Source: Ylistrum balloti
Lineage: Eukaryota
Length of the DNA stretch: 64,000 bases
NCBI RefSeq assembly: GCF_031769215.1
Contig: NW_026782576.1
Location: forward strand, 682,001 to 746,000
Direction of reading: 5' to 3'
In this document: positions 38,600 through 52,577 of the stretch, one piece after another
Layout: each line of letters opens with the position of its first letter
Numbering within the stretch: the first letter of the stretch is position 1
Program-made: the position numbers and the translations under genes
The notes under the pieces: model-generated
Told to the model about the DNA's origin: nothing
Databases searched by the model: none
The model's input: only the letters and a program-made list of their open reading frames with translations

Positions 38600-39662
38600 A
38601 TGTTGATCTTTTCCGACGATAATCTCTCTCTTTTTTCAATTGATTTCTATCAAACTTGGTAGGGTTAAATACCAGGACACGAAGTTTTGTTTAATTCAAC
38701 AGTTTTGAGGGGAAGTTTTTTTGTCCATTTTTTTAGTATTTTGGGTTTGAGTGGATATCTCCTTCCTAATTTTTTCACCAATTTACCTGAAACATGGTTG
38801 ACTTTTAATCATGACATGAAATGGCATTTTCTTTACATTGTGATATTACAATTTTGAAGAGTTTTTGCCGTTGTTTGTTTCATGTTTTAAAACATTTTTA
38901 TCGTTATATTGTACTGTTTTCCTCTTGCCATTTGACGTATTTTCGCCATTTCCTTATTTGTATACTTTTCGATACAACAACTCCTACACATTCATTGGTC
39001 TGGGATAGTCGTGTATTGAACTGCTCAGCGGTACTCTTGCTTGTATAAAATGTAAAAGTACTTGCTTTGCTACGCAAAATCTTTAACTCGGCAACATTCT
39101 CTCTCCTGTTGACATTTTAAGATTTTGCCGATTTTATCATGACATCACATTAGAGTCAAAAATCGTTTTATGATAGAAATTAATTAAGCACCGAGGTAGT
39201 GCATGAGTTTTCGTTAAGTACGAAAACAGCTTCTTTCCCCAACGGAGACCAAGCAAAATAATGGAGGTCTGTGTATACTGTGACCAGTGGAATGTAACGT
39301 TGCCATTTGAAGGTTCAAGAAAAAATTGATGTGGTTGTTTTATGATATACCAAATGCAGTTTTCTTTAAATCACGCTTGCTGGCTTTGAAACAAGTTTTT
39401 GAACTTGTTAAAACTACTTCTTCGTAACCAAAAAACCTAGAGTCATGATATGTTGGAGTTAATAGGGTTAGATTGATCGTTTAGAAATTGATTCCATCAT
39501 TTGTCGTAAATACATTATATTAACACTTGTTTGTTTTAAGCATGCTAGTTTTAGTATTGACTCGCAGCTTACTTTGTAGATCAGTGTGGAGAAATTTTGA
39601 TATTCTGGTGATAAAACGTTAAATACCAGGTGAGCGACGCAGGCCTATAGGGCCTCTTGTTA
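38600..39662 (-). mobile_element. HINE-like element; the end at 39662 is clear, the left extent is uncertain
   Basis: Reverse complement of 39627-39662 reads AACAAGAGGCCCTATAGGCCTGCGTCGCTCACCTGG (AGGCC..GGCCT hairpin), the same terminal type as at 52578. CAAACTTGGTAGG at ~38650. Confidence 0.45.
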
Positions 39663-40539
39663 GTAGACAAGTTTGTTGTTTTGCATTCTTAAAGATTAGT
39701 TGATGATTTGACATAATAAATTTGATGTCTCCATTTGTTAACTTTATTGGCATTCTGTTCTAGCTAAGACTATGCCTACACTTCTGGAGTAAGTCACGAC
39801 AAAATCGAAAGCAGATAAATAACTGTTAATGCATTAAATTGGAGTGGAGTTTACCATAAGCTTATATAGGGTCTGGTTTACCATCATAATGACTAGTAGT
39901 TTATCTCGTCTTCACTTACTGCAATCACAAACCAGTCACCACGGTTCATTATCAAGATGATACCAGGTGCGTATGAAGCTTTCGATTTTGGCAAAGCCTA
40001 CTAGAAGGGTGTAGAGAAGCTGACATATTAATGCCGCAATTCTTGGTTTTTGTAGATTTTAAATGATTGATTAATTGGTAATATTTTTTTTCAGTTTGCA
40101 TTAAAAGTTTTGATAAACGTTTGTCAAATGTTGTTCCTTGTTTGTTCTTTCAACATCATATGGTCTCCGAAGTATTCATGTTTCATATATGTATTTATGT
40201 ATTAGATTGCCATTGGAAGCAGCGGTCAGTAAAGATACAGTACATTGCTTGTTGAGGTTTCGTATCTTGAGTCAATATAAGTAAACGTTTTCTTTCTATA
40301 AAAGTATTTAAGAGAATGATAAAAAATCATCAAGTATATTCTCACCCATACAGAGGATGATTTAACACGTCTATGGCTTGTTATTTTCACAACACATGAA
40401 CAGTTATAGCATTATAAGGCAGTTACTAGTATTAGGTACAGATAATTTCTAGTTTTCGGTGTTACCATTCCGTTTATCTTCAATAACCGACAAATCCTCT
40501 TTTTATTCTACTCTATCTAATGCGGGCATATAAAATGTA

Positions 40540-41313
40540 CAACATGCTTACTTTTACCTGTTGTGGGTAAATGCAATGTACAACATACTTTTACCTATTG
40601 TGGGTAAATGCAATGTACGACATACCTACTTTTACCTGTTATGGGTAAATGCAATGTACAACATACTTACTTTTACCTGTTGTGGGTAAATGCAATGTAC
40701 AAAATACTTACTTTTACCTGTTGTGGGTAAATGCAATGTACGGCATACTTACTTTACCTGTTATGGATAAATACAATGTAAAACATACTTACTTTTACCT
40801 GTTGTTGGTAAATGCAATGTACAACATACTTACTTTTACCTGTTGTGGGTAAATGCAATGTACAACATACTTACTTTTACCTGTTGTTGGTAAATGCAAT
40901 GTACGACATACTTACTTTTACCTGTTGTGGGTAAATGCAATGTACAACATACTTACTTTTACCTGTTGTGGGTAAATTCAATGTACAACATACTTACTTT
41001 TACCTGTTGTGGGTAAATGCAATGTACAACATACTTACTTTTACCTGTTGTGGGTAAATGCAATGTACGGCATACTCACTTTTACCTGTTGTGGGTAAAT
41101 GCAATGTACAACATACTTACTTTTACCTGTTGTGGGTAAATGCAATGTACGGCATACTTACTTTTACCTGTTGTGGGTAAATGCAATGTACAACATACTT
41201 ACTTTTACCTAATGTGGGTAAATGCAATGTACAACATACTTACTTTTACCTGTTGTGGGTAAATGCAATGTACAACATACTTACTTTTACCTGTTGTGGG
41301 TAAATGCAATGTA
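40540..41313. repeat. 41-bp minisatellite, ~19 copies
   Basis: Unit TTACTTTTACCTGTTGTGGGTAAATGCAATGTACAACATAC. Confidence 0.97.
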
Positions 41314-41810
41314 CTAACATATAGTTAGTGTTCTCCTGTTCCTATTGTGAGCATATGAACTATACCTACATAATAATTGTAATCTGTTGTAGCTATTGTT
41401 GCTATATAAAATATTGTTAAATATTGTTTCTACATGGTTACGACAGTAAACAGTAAATAACAACATCTGCTAATCTAATTAGTAAACCATATCCGATTTC
41501 AAGAATAGGAAATCAATAGGTAAGTTGCAACCAGCGAAAGGAACGCATTAACATGAGTTTCATCCTATATTGAAGTGTTTTACATTACCATTAAAACAAC
41601 AGACAGAAAATGGTTTATATAAAAAAAAATAAATAATTTTATTATCACTTTACAAAATATCAGATATTTTACACTGGTTCCAAATGACACCATTCCACGT
41701 CCTGAATATATATACGAAAAGTCAAACAGTATTCCGTGTGTTTCATGTCAATGAGTTCATTGTAACTCTCCAAATACGTCACACGTCGGTTGAGTGACGT
41801 CATCCTTTCA

Positions 41811-44755
41811 TTAACAGCATATACAGCAGCAGCACACCCCGCAACCAATCAACAACCCGATGATGATTAACGCCACCAGGATCGGAACCCATCTGTTAAC
41901 ACAAACAATGAACATATCTAAATATGAACACTTAATATCCATGTACTGTTTTGCCTGTATATTTCAGCTTGATAATAAGTCATGCATAGAAATGTTTCTA
42001 TAGAGTAATATTTCAGGTACATTCATAACAATGTTCACGAAGTTTCGCCTCCAGCCATCTGTCATGTAAGTGATTAATTTCAAACCCTGTCATAGTGTAA
42101 TATTGATTAAAATGTTTTTGGTGAATCAGAGATGTTATGACATGAAAGTTATGTGTAACATTGTCACATATTAACTTTACTCCATATAAGTACCATATCG
42201 ATTTCTGTCGAATTCTCAAATCGCACTCGGACGAATTCACTTTATAAAACGCGCCATTTTGCGATCTCAGGATATCACGTGCACACTGTCGATGAAGTGT
42301 TTGTTTTACTTAATTGTGTCGCTACACTGAAATACCTCACAATATTATTTGTTTTTATAACTGAAAAAACGACAGAAGGAAAAAATATTTTGATGACGAA
42401 ATTTTGTTTTGTTTTTCTTGAAAACGGGTTAAAACTTACATGTGACGAGTAAACCAGTTGACACAGAACGTAGATCTGTCTCGAGCCGGTGCGCGGAAGA
42501 ACCAATTGTTGCAGCAACTGTAAATGTTACCTTGGAAACAACAATAATTCTCACACCACCGCTCATTCATTACATTGCCCATGACGTCATAATGCGACCT
42601 GCAGCATTCACCACTTTCGGCCACCTTCACTGACAAAGTAAATAAACACCAACCATTAGATTCAAACATCCTGAATGAGCTACATGAACTGTCACATTGT
42701 ACATAGATCGTATTTTGTTTGCAGGTCAATGTCGTTATAATGAATAAAAAGAGGAAACATTTTTCAGTCTGAGATACGGCTACGAAATGGTAAATTAATA
42801 TATATTCATTGCAGGGGTAATCATTATTATTTCAGCATTCATGCGGACGTAGTCACGTGATATTTGGACACATTCCGTGAATCGGCTGGCATGATCTCAT
42901 GAATGCATTGATTTTTATCAAAATCATTTGAACAAGTTACACCATGTGCATTTTTTAACAATTTTAAGTCCAGGAACCGTGGGAAAGTGTTGGAATTCTT
43001 AGCATGGTTGTAGTAATCGCTAAATCAACGTCGCTAATAAAACAATGAAATAAATTGAATTGTAGTATTTACTTTATATGAAACGTTACTTACGTTTGAC
43101 ATGTAAAAATAATTAAAACAGTCTATAAAATTCAGTTCATTTATACATTAAAAAAAACACGACAGGGAAAAACATTTTAACTTCATGAAAGTAAGGGCAT
43201 AGATTGAAAACGATAGTTTACAAAAATACTTATATTAAAGATATTGCAACAACTTGTTAGTAACAAGAATTGCTTTCTTTTTTTTGTGTGTGTGTGTCCC
43301 TGCATCTAAGTGTGTTTACCTTGGGGAAACAACTTAATTGTTTTTTTTTTCAAATTCGTAATAATATATCATGTTACATGCAAAAATACTTTACTTGTCT
43401 CTGAACATTTAAATCGTTTGTTTCTATAAAATCAGATAGACAGCAAATACCACTCCTTTACAATAGGTATAAGTAATGACGAAACTGTATAAAACAATAT
43501 TTCCTTCTTCATTTGACTCATATCTCTAGCTATCGGCAACATTGAAAATGTTTATTTTGTAATCTATTTGCGATCATGACGATAAATTTTGATGTGTAGT
43601 TAAGTCAAATGTATATTTTCATTTCTTGGCAATCATTAACTTCGTCAAACTGAGGCGTCAGAAAGCTTTCGCTTGTTAACTAAACATCTGTATGGTGCAG
43701 TTTAATTTCATATTTCGTCTCTGCTGCATATCATTCCAAATTTGAGTGGCATTTGTTATTTACCTATCTTTTGTATAATCCTTTGAGAATGCAGGTGGTT
43801 AGACACTGCTGTTGGACTTAAGTCCTGAGGTTTGTATGCCACATTTAAATTCATTTGACACAATTCATAATAAACTTAATTTCCTGGTGCTCTTGTGAAA
43901 TATTGCTAAGTAGAGCACTGTTCTGTGTGCTTTATTGGCATGTTTCGACCAATTTTGTTTTTCGTCAGATGCCTCTCCTGTACTCAAATTTGTATTAAAA
44001 AGTTGCCAGTCACTTGTGTGAATTTTGTACAATCTTTGTATTGAAAGCAGTCAATAGTTGTGGTAGTCGGGGAAAGTAAAACATACATTTTTCAGGTGAA
44101 GACATTTTCTTTTTAAAATATATCCTTTTTATCATTAATTCATGAGAACCTTTTAAGCCATATGTTTTTTAAAGTCTTGCAGAGACCAAAGTTAGAAACC
44201 GGTAGAACTGCTTTGGTTGATGAGAAATAGAAAAGTACTTATGCTATATTTAAAACACTTTGGTCACTTATTGTGTTACAGCTGTAAAGTGCTGTGATAA
44301 CAGAAAATAAAAATATTACAGTGTGCAATGTCTGTGTTACTGCATTTAACTGGGCGCACTAATTGCTTTGATGTGGATGGGAGAGATAGTAATTCTTATG
44401 TGCTTTACTTATTCTGATCTTAAATATTACTGTTATTTCTACTCTGAAGCTCGGTCAAATGGTTAAAATGTCCCGATATACCATTATCATGATATAACGT
44501 GTTTTGGAAAAGTAGGCTTTTGGCGGTGCTAGATACGTATATCACAGGTACAACATAGGCGCTATTCAATTTTGTTGAGATCTCAATCATCTCAATTACA
44601 AAAGATAGCATCGATACCTTTGACATAATTAGTACTGGACGTTCCCTGAAAACAAACTGATTTTATAGAAACATATACATTATGTTATTCGTGGACTTAC
44701 CTAAAACACAGAGGAAACTCAAAACCCAGACGAAAGAAAACTTTCCTCCGACCAT
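41811..44755 (-). CDS. Small Cys-rich single-pass membrane protein (Shisa/CYYR1/VOPP1-like architecture), paralog A, 108 aa
   Basis: complement join(44701-44755,42440-42629,41811-41892), GT-AG, phases 1 and 2. Signal-like MVGGKFSFVWVLSFLCVLV; ectodomain ESGECC..RWCENYCC..YSCC..RAP..FCVNWF; TM WVPILVALIIIGLLIG; then CGVCCCCICC*. Confidence 0.8.
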
Positions 44756-46440
44756 AATGTACTGTCCATGCACACTCTACAAAAGTCTTTGTGGTCAAGT
44801 CATGCTGGGTGTGTTGCATGTAAGGTGAGAGGTTATGTCTACGTCCATCCCTCTTCTCAATGGCTCTATTTGATGTGCTGCCCTGCTGACCCCCTGCGGG
44901 GAGGTACTGTATACATACGTAGTAAGGACGAGAGCATGTAGAGCGGACAGTAACCAGGGGGTGCGATGTTATTACACTTGACAGGTGTAATACACCTACA
45001 CTCCTCGTACACAACGTGATGATGAATCATAATCAGTTGTTTTTCTGCATTTTCACAGTAATTTGTTGGAAAACAGAAAATTTTCATATTTTATTGTCAT
45101 TTGGGCTATCGTTTGGCTCATTTATAGTTTTTTTTTTTTTTTTAATTTTTTTACGCTAAACTAGAACTGCAAAGTACAGATATATCTGGTGTGCAATAAA
45201 CCGACAAGAGAACATAATTATAATCCAAACTTCAATTAAGTGAAACTAGGGCAAAATTTTCAAAAAGGTGTTTCGGAAGGGTAAGCGTCCTTTGTTTTAA
45301 CGCCAACAACCGCCATGTTAAGCAATGTGATGTTCCCGAGTGAGAACAAGGGAATCATCAACAGAACTACAAGTCACACCAAAGTATCCTGAAAAGTCTG
45401 ATAAAGCAATATCTTTAAAATTATGATTCTAATTATATATCATAAATTTATCTAAAACAATTGTCACTGTACTCGCCAAACGTTAGAAGTATTACTCAAA
45501 GACTTTAAAATAGCTACATCCATATTCTATCTAACTAATATAACTGTTTTTATCCCTTTCGGTTTTAAAGCCAAATCCGATGTTGTGCGGTCTCAAATGA
45601 CACCCAAATGAAGTGAGCCCATTCAACAGCATAGAAATAAATATTTGTAACCTGTATATATCATGATATTAGTTAACTAAACGTTGTAGTAAAATGAAGT
45701 TTACGGGCACCTACAGCTTTCTTGTGATCAAATGCACTTTTCTATCCTCAAGCCGAAAAGAATCGAAGTGATTTGCCATTAAATATTTATGTATTAATCC
45801 TAATTATCTTCTATTTAGTTAAAACATTGTTATCAAGAGATGTTTCCAATTTAATTTTTATGGAGATTTCGATACAGAGGTATGTGGTTGTGATAAATAT
45901 GTTATCTTTCCTTAGTAACTAGTAGGCACAAGCACGGACTTGGTTATTTCAGTTCGTGACATGAGTTTGATATCCGATTTTCGCAAAATAATATTTTGTT
46001 TTCTAGTAATACTTTAAGGGTATTTTGTTAAGATTTTTCGTGAATATTTGATATTTTGTTAGCTAGTCAATATTCCAGTGAGATTTTAATATATATAAAT
46101 ATGTATTCCCAGCGTCTGACAGTGTCATTCTCTTGTGTATTTTGGTCGGGTTGGTGTAATGCCCTGTTGAATCCTTGATATAATGTTGATAATCTGATGT
46201 TCTAGGACTTACTGTAGATGACTGAATTGTGCATTGTGTCCATGTCTCTTCCTCATCACCTACTTATTGCTGTGTAGATACATGTACACCTACACCTTAT
46301 CTGCAGTGTACTAATTAATCATATCATACAGCTTCGGTTGCTCTGGTAATCCCACAAGTGTGGAAGAAATACGGAAATCATTGGCCCAATCAGTTAGTTG
46401 GAATGTTTATCTGTTATTTTTTTAAATTTGGATTCGATTT

Positions 46441-47050
46441 ACAGATCCCAGAGGGGTCTTGGCGCCCACCATTGTTTGTTCTTTATTTGCTCTTTGAACA
46501 CACTTATGAAATCTGACAGATCCATTCAGTATGTTTTATGAAAGAGGTATAAGAATCTTTAATAGGTGAAATCCAAGATGACTGATTGTCGGCCATTTTG
46601 TTTTTCTGATCAGTCCCAAACTCAAACAACACAACTAGGGACCAAGAGGAACATATACATGAAATCTGAGAAAGATCTATGCAATTTTTTTCTCAAGAAA
46701 TAGCGATAACAAACTTTCAAAGTCAAAATCCAAGATAGCTGCCTGTCGGCGATTTTGTTTTTCTGATCAGTCCCAAAATCAGATGGGCACAATTAGAGAT
46801 CAAGGGGTACCTGCGTATGAAATCTGCGAGAAGTCTATCCTGTAATTTCCAAGAATTAGCGATAACAAATTTCATTGAAAAATTACAAGATGGCTAAATG
46901 TCAACCTTTTTGTTATTCTGATACGTCTTAAAAACAAACAGGCACAACTAGAGACCAAAGAGAACCTACATATGAAATTTGAGAAAGGGCCACCCAGTAC
47001 TTCTCAAGAAACAGCAATAATTGTTTATGGACGGACAGACGGACGTAGGG
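46441..47050 (+). mobile_element. HINE-like element with ~3 internal ~165-bp satellite monomers
   Basis: Terminal ACAGATCCCAGAGGGGTCTTGGCGCCCACC; monomers containing AATCCAAGAT(G/A)..TGTCGGC.ATTTTG..CTGATCAGTCCCAAA..CAAGAAATAGCGATAACAAA; ends with GGACGGACAGACGGACG. Confidence 0.65.
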
Positions 47051-49445
47051 CAATTTGAAAATTATCCATAACAACATAAAGTAAGATGATGACACGCTCA
47101 ACTTCTATCTCACACCACAGGTAAACATTGACGAATATTAAACTGTCACCTGTTTTAGGAAGTTGCATTGGTCAGGATGTGAAACTAAGAGACAGATATA
47201 CTAGAGTTAGTCATCAAGTACTTTGTTAGGACATGTTGAAAATAAGTCAATAAGCGTTTGATTTGTGTGTTTGTCTTTTTTCCTGTTGTGGTCATTCATA
47301 TGAATGTATTCCTGTCTTTGACTTGCTCTGTTAAATCAATACATATGCACATATGTCTGAATGATTTAGTTTCCAGATTTGTCACTTATCTGTCCAGTTA
47401 TAGTGAGTAATGATACTTGTCCTTTTCAATTTAGTAACTAATATAGCTAAAAGTAGCACACCTTTCCTCAGTGATATCATAACTGGTCTTTTACGAATAG
47501 CTTCTATCCCATTAGAGATATAGTTTTCAGATAAGTGCTGAATCATAGGAAACATGAAATAAATAAAAAAAAAAAAAAAAAAATAGGAGTAAAAAAAAAA
47601 AAAAATCAAAGACTGAACTAGTCAACACTACTTTATTAGTAAATATACATAATCAAAGTGAACAAAACATCAAAAAATATGTGCAAAATCACTTTGCGTG
47701 CTAAAAAAAAAAAATCAATTCATAAATGCTACATCTTTAAAAAAGTGTGTTAAAATCAAAATGAGACTCCAGGAACATATTTATTGAAGTGTAAACGTTC
47801 CGTACATTAGAGGAAAGGGATTAATAGTATAATCTATGTGAAACAGAAAATATTATCAACTCCTTTCAGCCCACCAAACCCAAAAGCTCAAATGTGTGTC
47901 AATGTAGATTTTTGAGGCCTGTATCTTAATTACGGACATTTCTCCACTCCATAAAATAAGTTGCTAAGCATGTTGTTGTTTGTTGTGAACCTTAATTGGG
48001 ATAAAATGTATACACTGAAGTTAAGACCTTTTACGATATGTAGACAAATATTGCATTCAAAATATGTCACTGCACAACATTGAGTGATTAGTTTCAATTA
48101 TACTCCAACAGATTGGCAATTTTGTGGCATGGTCTACTAAATTTCTAGTTTTGCTAATTATGGGATCTGAAAGTTAATGGTAATATTGTATCAATGAATT
48201 ACTATCATCATTTTCTCAATTAAATTTCTTTGGTGTAACACATGACAAATGAAACATAGCTGGAAAAAAATTTAACAACCCTTTTTGTTATTTCTTACAA
48301 TGAACAACATATACAAAAAAAAGCGGTGCAGAAATAATTGTTCACAAAACAATATAATTACAGTACTTAATGATCATATAAACAAGGGAGATGAAGGCTG
48401 TCGGACAGCCAACATCTTGTGTATTTGTTCTTTTCTCTTCTTTTTCTCTTTTCTGCAATTCATGGATTGAAAATAATGTCCATACTTATTTTTGTGGTAA
48501 CAAGTGAATCAAGTCATATAAAGAATAAATTACACACAAATGTAGAGTAAGGTCACACTATGATCGTAGAGAAGGATCTTTTCTCTAGGCCTATGGTTTA
48601 CTGTATAAATATTTGTTTTCAGATCTAGTTATCAATGAATCCTCCCTTACTCTGAAGGATGTTACAAAGCTGCCAAAGGAGGTGGTTACAACTAGCTCAC
48701 AAACAGTATCAACATCAAACAACAGAATCATTCTAACCTCTAATTACACATATAGATACATACTCATAAAGCCATATATTGAAAACTTGTCAATAATTCT
48801 ACGAATCAAAATCTGTTGATTGAAAACAAAATCTACGTTCTATGAAAGATAAATCTTAATATCTTCCTACACTAGAAGAAATAGCACTAATTCATTAAAT
48901 ACAATTACCAAACTAACAGTCCTAACCACTTAACCAAACTACATGCAAGTATCATCTTCCAACAAAGATGAAAATCTAAAAAAACTTGTTTCACTTATGA
49001 CTTTGAGATTAAGAGCATATCAAATAAACAGATTAGTCATTTAATGAATAATAATTAAACATGATCAAGAAAGGTGGAATCCTGTTTCTGATAAGTACGA
49101 AACAAAACAGTCATCAAGGACGCATATTACATAAACATGCCCCTTACTCGACATTATTAATCTGTACTTGGTCTTTTTTCCCAATTTTTCTTGTAATGTA
49201 AAATAAAACTTGAACTGTTGTCTTATCCAAGATGTCATTGAATTTCATGGTGATATCTATCAATATGAAATCAAGGAAAATGAGTGATATCTTTTCTGAA
49301 TTCTTCCATAAGACAACTTCATGTTTACATGAATTCTTAAGTCCCAGGGTGTCGAGTCATGTTAAGGAAAACGTCATATTATGCAACATTGCCAAGATCA
49401 AAGTTATCATTTGATCCATGATGTCCATGTCAAAGGGAGTTAGAG

Positions 49446-49695
49446 AAGACTTTGTATGAACTCTGATCTCCTGATCCAGGAAGAGAAATCAGGGTTTGGA
49501 AAGACTTCATATGAACTCTGATCTCCTGACCCAGGAAGAGAAATCAGGGTTTGGTAAGATTTCATATCAATTCTGATCTCCTGACCCAGGAAGAGAAATC
49601 AGGGTTTGGTAAGATTTCATATCAATTCTGATCTCCTGACTCAAGATGACAGATCAAGGTTTGGTAAGAGTTCATATCAACTCTCTTCACCTGAT
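49446..49695. repeat. 55-bp tandem repeat, ~4.5 copies
   Basis: Unit CTGATCTCCTGACCCAGGAAGAGAAATCAGGGTTTGGTAAGATTTCATATCAATT; period 55, measured between 49518 and 49573. Confidence 0.9.
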
Positions 49696-50509
49696 CGCGG
49701 TTTTTTAATTGTGTGTTTGGGAATAGGTCTAATCACTTTGGTAATTGACATTTTTTTGACGCACAGTGTCAAGTCAAGGTGTTAGTGGAAGTAAATTATC
49801 GATTTATCTTTTTCGGTGTTATAGGACATAGAGGATATTAAAATTATGGTGACATCTTAGATTTAAATCATTTTGATCTTTGGTGAACAAAAAACAAAAT
49901 GGAAGCAGTGTATACTGTACTTATTACATACTTTGTTTAACAATGATCTGAAATGAATGAAGAAGTCGACAACCTGAATCCCAATAAAATGTACTACATT
50001 GTTAAACTATGAAATGAGAGTAAGCAGGTACTCAATAGAAACTTAGTGTTTATATACAAAAATCAAATGGCTGTAGTGAGATATATCGTCAAACATATAT
50101 TAAACTGGTTAAAAACATCAGAATCCTCTTCAAATTATTCTTGTATATTGCAGATCTGAACTTCCTATCCCGTTTTCAGTTATGTATTGTAGAACTTTTC
50201 ATTATCAAATGTTCAATATATATATAAACACCTTCTAATTTTGAGAATTTATAAATAAAAAACCACTTTTCAATAGGATGGTCACCCCACACTATGATTT
50301 AAATCATATCAGAGCTTGTACTGTTCTTACTGTTATTTTTTTGAGTTCTATTTTTCCAAAATGGAACAAATGCAAGTAAGGGTGACAACCATAGTTTGTT
50401 GCGAATATCCAATTTGCTTCAAGCTTATGGCAAATTTTGAAAATTTGAACAACCAAAATACAACTTTTGCAGTAGATGATGGAAATTTGGAGCTGTGAGC
50501 TCCTCGTCT

Positions 50510-52089
50510 TTACTGGTCATAGCCCACATTGTATTGGTTTGTATTACTGCTGGACTGGTCATTTACTTGTGGCTGCTGCTGGGTCACAATCAGCATACCT
50601 AGGATGATAAAAAACAAGCTCATTTATGTCTCAAAGTTACTGCATGATAATTCACTGACAATTACATACATGTATTGGGACTAACTGAACTGAGAAACTT
50701 TCATCCTTGGCTAAAATAATGAATTTTCTGAACCTGTTTAATATTTACCCTTAGTATTGGTAAGGTTACGATGGGACATTTACCTGCTAGGTACTTATAC
50801 AATACATACAGCATATGGTGAAGGATACAATTATGGGCCAACCCCTATCATTATTGGTTTCACCAAGGAATAAGTGACTACAAAGAATATCCCAATCATG
50901 ATTCATTACGAGTTATCTACATTTCGGTACCTGGCAAATTTGAATATTGCTGATTCACTAAATTTCAATATCAAAATGTCAACAGGTTATGGCTACTGTT
51001 TTCAGACAATACCATGGATAATTTGTAATAGTTATAAAGTTATAACAAATAATAACAAGTTGGAGATGCAATGGATATCAAATACTTACTGCTTTGTGGA
51101 GGTGGTACCATGATGGCTCCGTTGCTTCTGTTACGACAGCACACACAGCACACACAGCATATGATTCCACCAACAACAGCCAGGACAATCAATACTGGAA
51201 TATACCTGTTGTAACAATATAGTCTATTATCCTATATAGTCTGAATGTTAGCAATAGTGATATTGGTATTCAAGCAAGTTTTAGTATAATGCAAATAGAA
51301 GTTTCCAAGTCGACCTGCATAAATTTTATTCATATGACACGAGGAAATGTAAGATCCTCTACACACTGCTGATAGTACGATTTTAGGCTGGGTTTAAAGT
51401 AATATGCCAAATATTTCATTATATTGGCACCCATCAGTTATTTGTGAGCTAAATAATTCCGATATTAACTCAAATAATTTTAAAACTAAATACAGAGAAA
51501 TGATGCTTATATACATGGCTTACCAATACGCCTGGAACCAGGCCACACACATTGGCATCCTCATGTCCTCAGGTGCCCGTTGATTGTAGTCGTCACAACA
51601 GTCATACTTGTACACCATGAAGCAACAGTAGTCATCACACCATTTCTGGTCACTTGATGCCTGTGTTTTAATGATGTTGTAGCTAGCCCTACAACACTCT
51701 CCACTTTCTCCGATTCGAACTAAAAACAGAACAAAGCCTCTTAAATACAATGTTTAAATAAAAACTCACTTTTTAAAGGAACTCAACGTGGATAATAAAT
51801 CAATCTGGCAAACAGTTTTGAATATAATGAATATATGAAAATATCCTTCATATCCTTCAACACACCAATTTCAATTTCAGAACAAAAATCTGTCTTGAAT
51901 GTAAGACATGATCTTAAGGATGCTGCTACCAAATCAAATGGAAACTCGATTTCTTTCATCTTAATATATATTTATAAGTGGGGAACTGGAGACTGAAGCT
52001 GCTGCAGTGATAATGATAAAGTTTCAGCTAAGGATCTTACCTGTATAAATACCCAAAGGAACACTAACTAGGGCAACAGGTGAAAACAT
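50510..52089 (-). CDS. Small Cys-rich single-pass membrane protein (Shisa/CYYR1/VOPP1-like architecture), paralog B, 149 aa
   Basis: complement join(52041-52089,51524-51719,51090-51205,50510-50598), GT-AG, phases 1/2/1. Ectodomain ESGECC..KWCDDYCC..YDCC..RAP..MCVAWF; TM YIPVLIVLAVVGGII; then CCVCCVCC and tail RNRSNGAIMVPPPQS..YNVGYDQ*. The first exon is the least certain. Confidence 0.8.
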
Positions 52090-52577
52090 GAAACAAACCA
52101 AAATCACTTTATAATCACAATGTACAACTGTGTACAACTGCAATCAAAATTCTATACATGAACTAGACTCACTCTTTCATTAATCCTTTCAACCAGGTTT
52201 TGGCTCAAAGATCATATTTCTGTGAGCCAAATTCAAGGGGCCTCACTAACTCTGTAGGGTATATTGCTTGCCGAGATATTCTCAAGTGAAGATCCGAGGC
52301 ACATGGTTTGATGCTCCTACCCATGGCAGTTTGTGTTTCTCAGGCAGCAAAGAAACTGACCATGGTTGTGTCTTCAGATAAGACATTTTAACTTAACTGC
52401 ACTGAACAGCATGTAATGGACCTTCCTTATGTTGTTTAGTCATGCAGTCAACCAACTACTACAAGGAAAGCTGCCACAAAATGACCCTGTCTGTTGATGG
52501 GGTGATAAACCCACCAAACAGATAAAAGAACCGCAACAAAAAAGCTTTCACTTCAGTAAAAATAAAAAATATGTCTA

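Noticed and set aside
44866-45087. Cys-containing ORF as a third Shisa-like paralogue
   Set aside because: Lacks the CC-WC-YCC-CC pattern and a transmembrane segment; it lies in the 5' region of paralog A.
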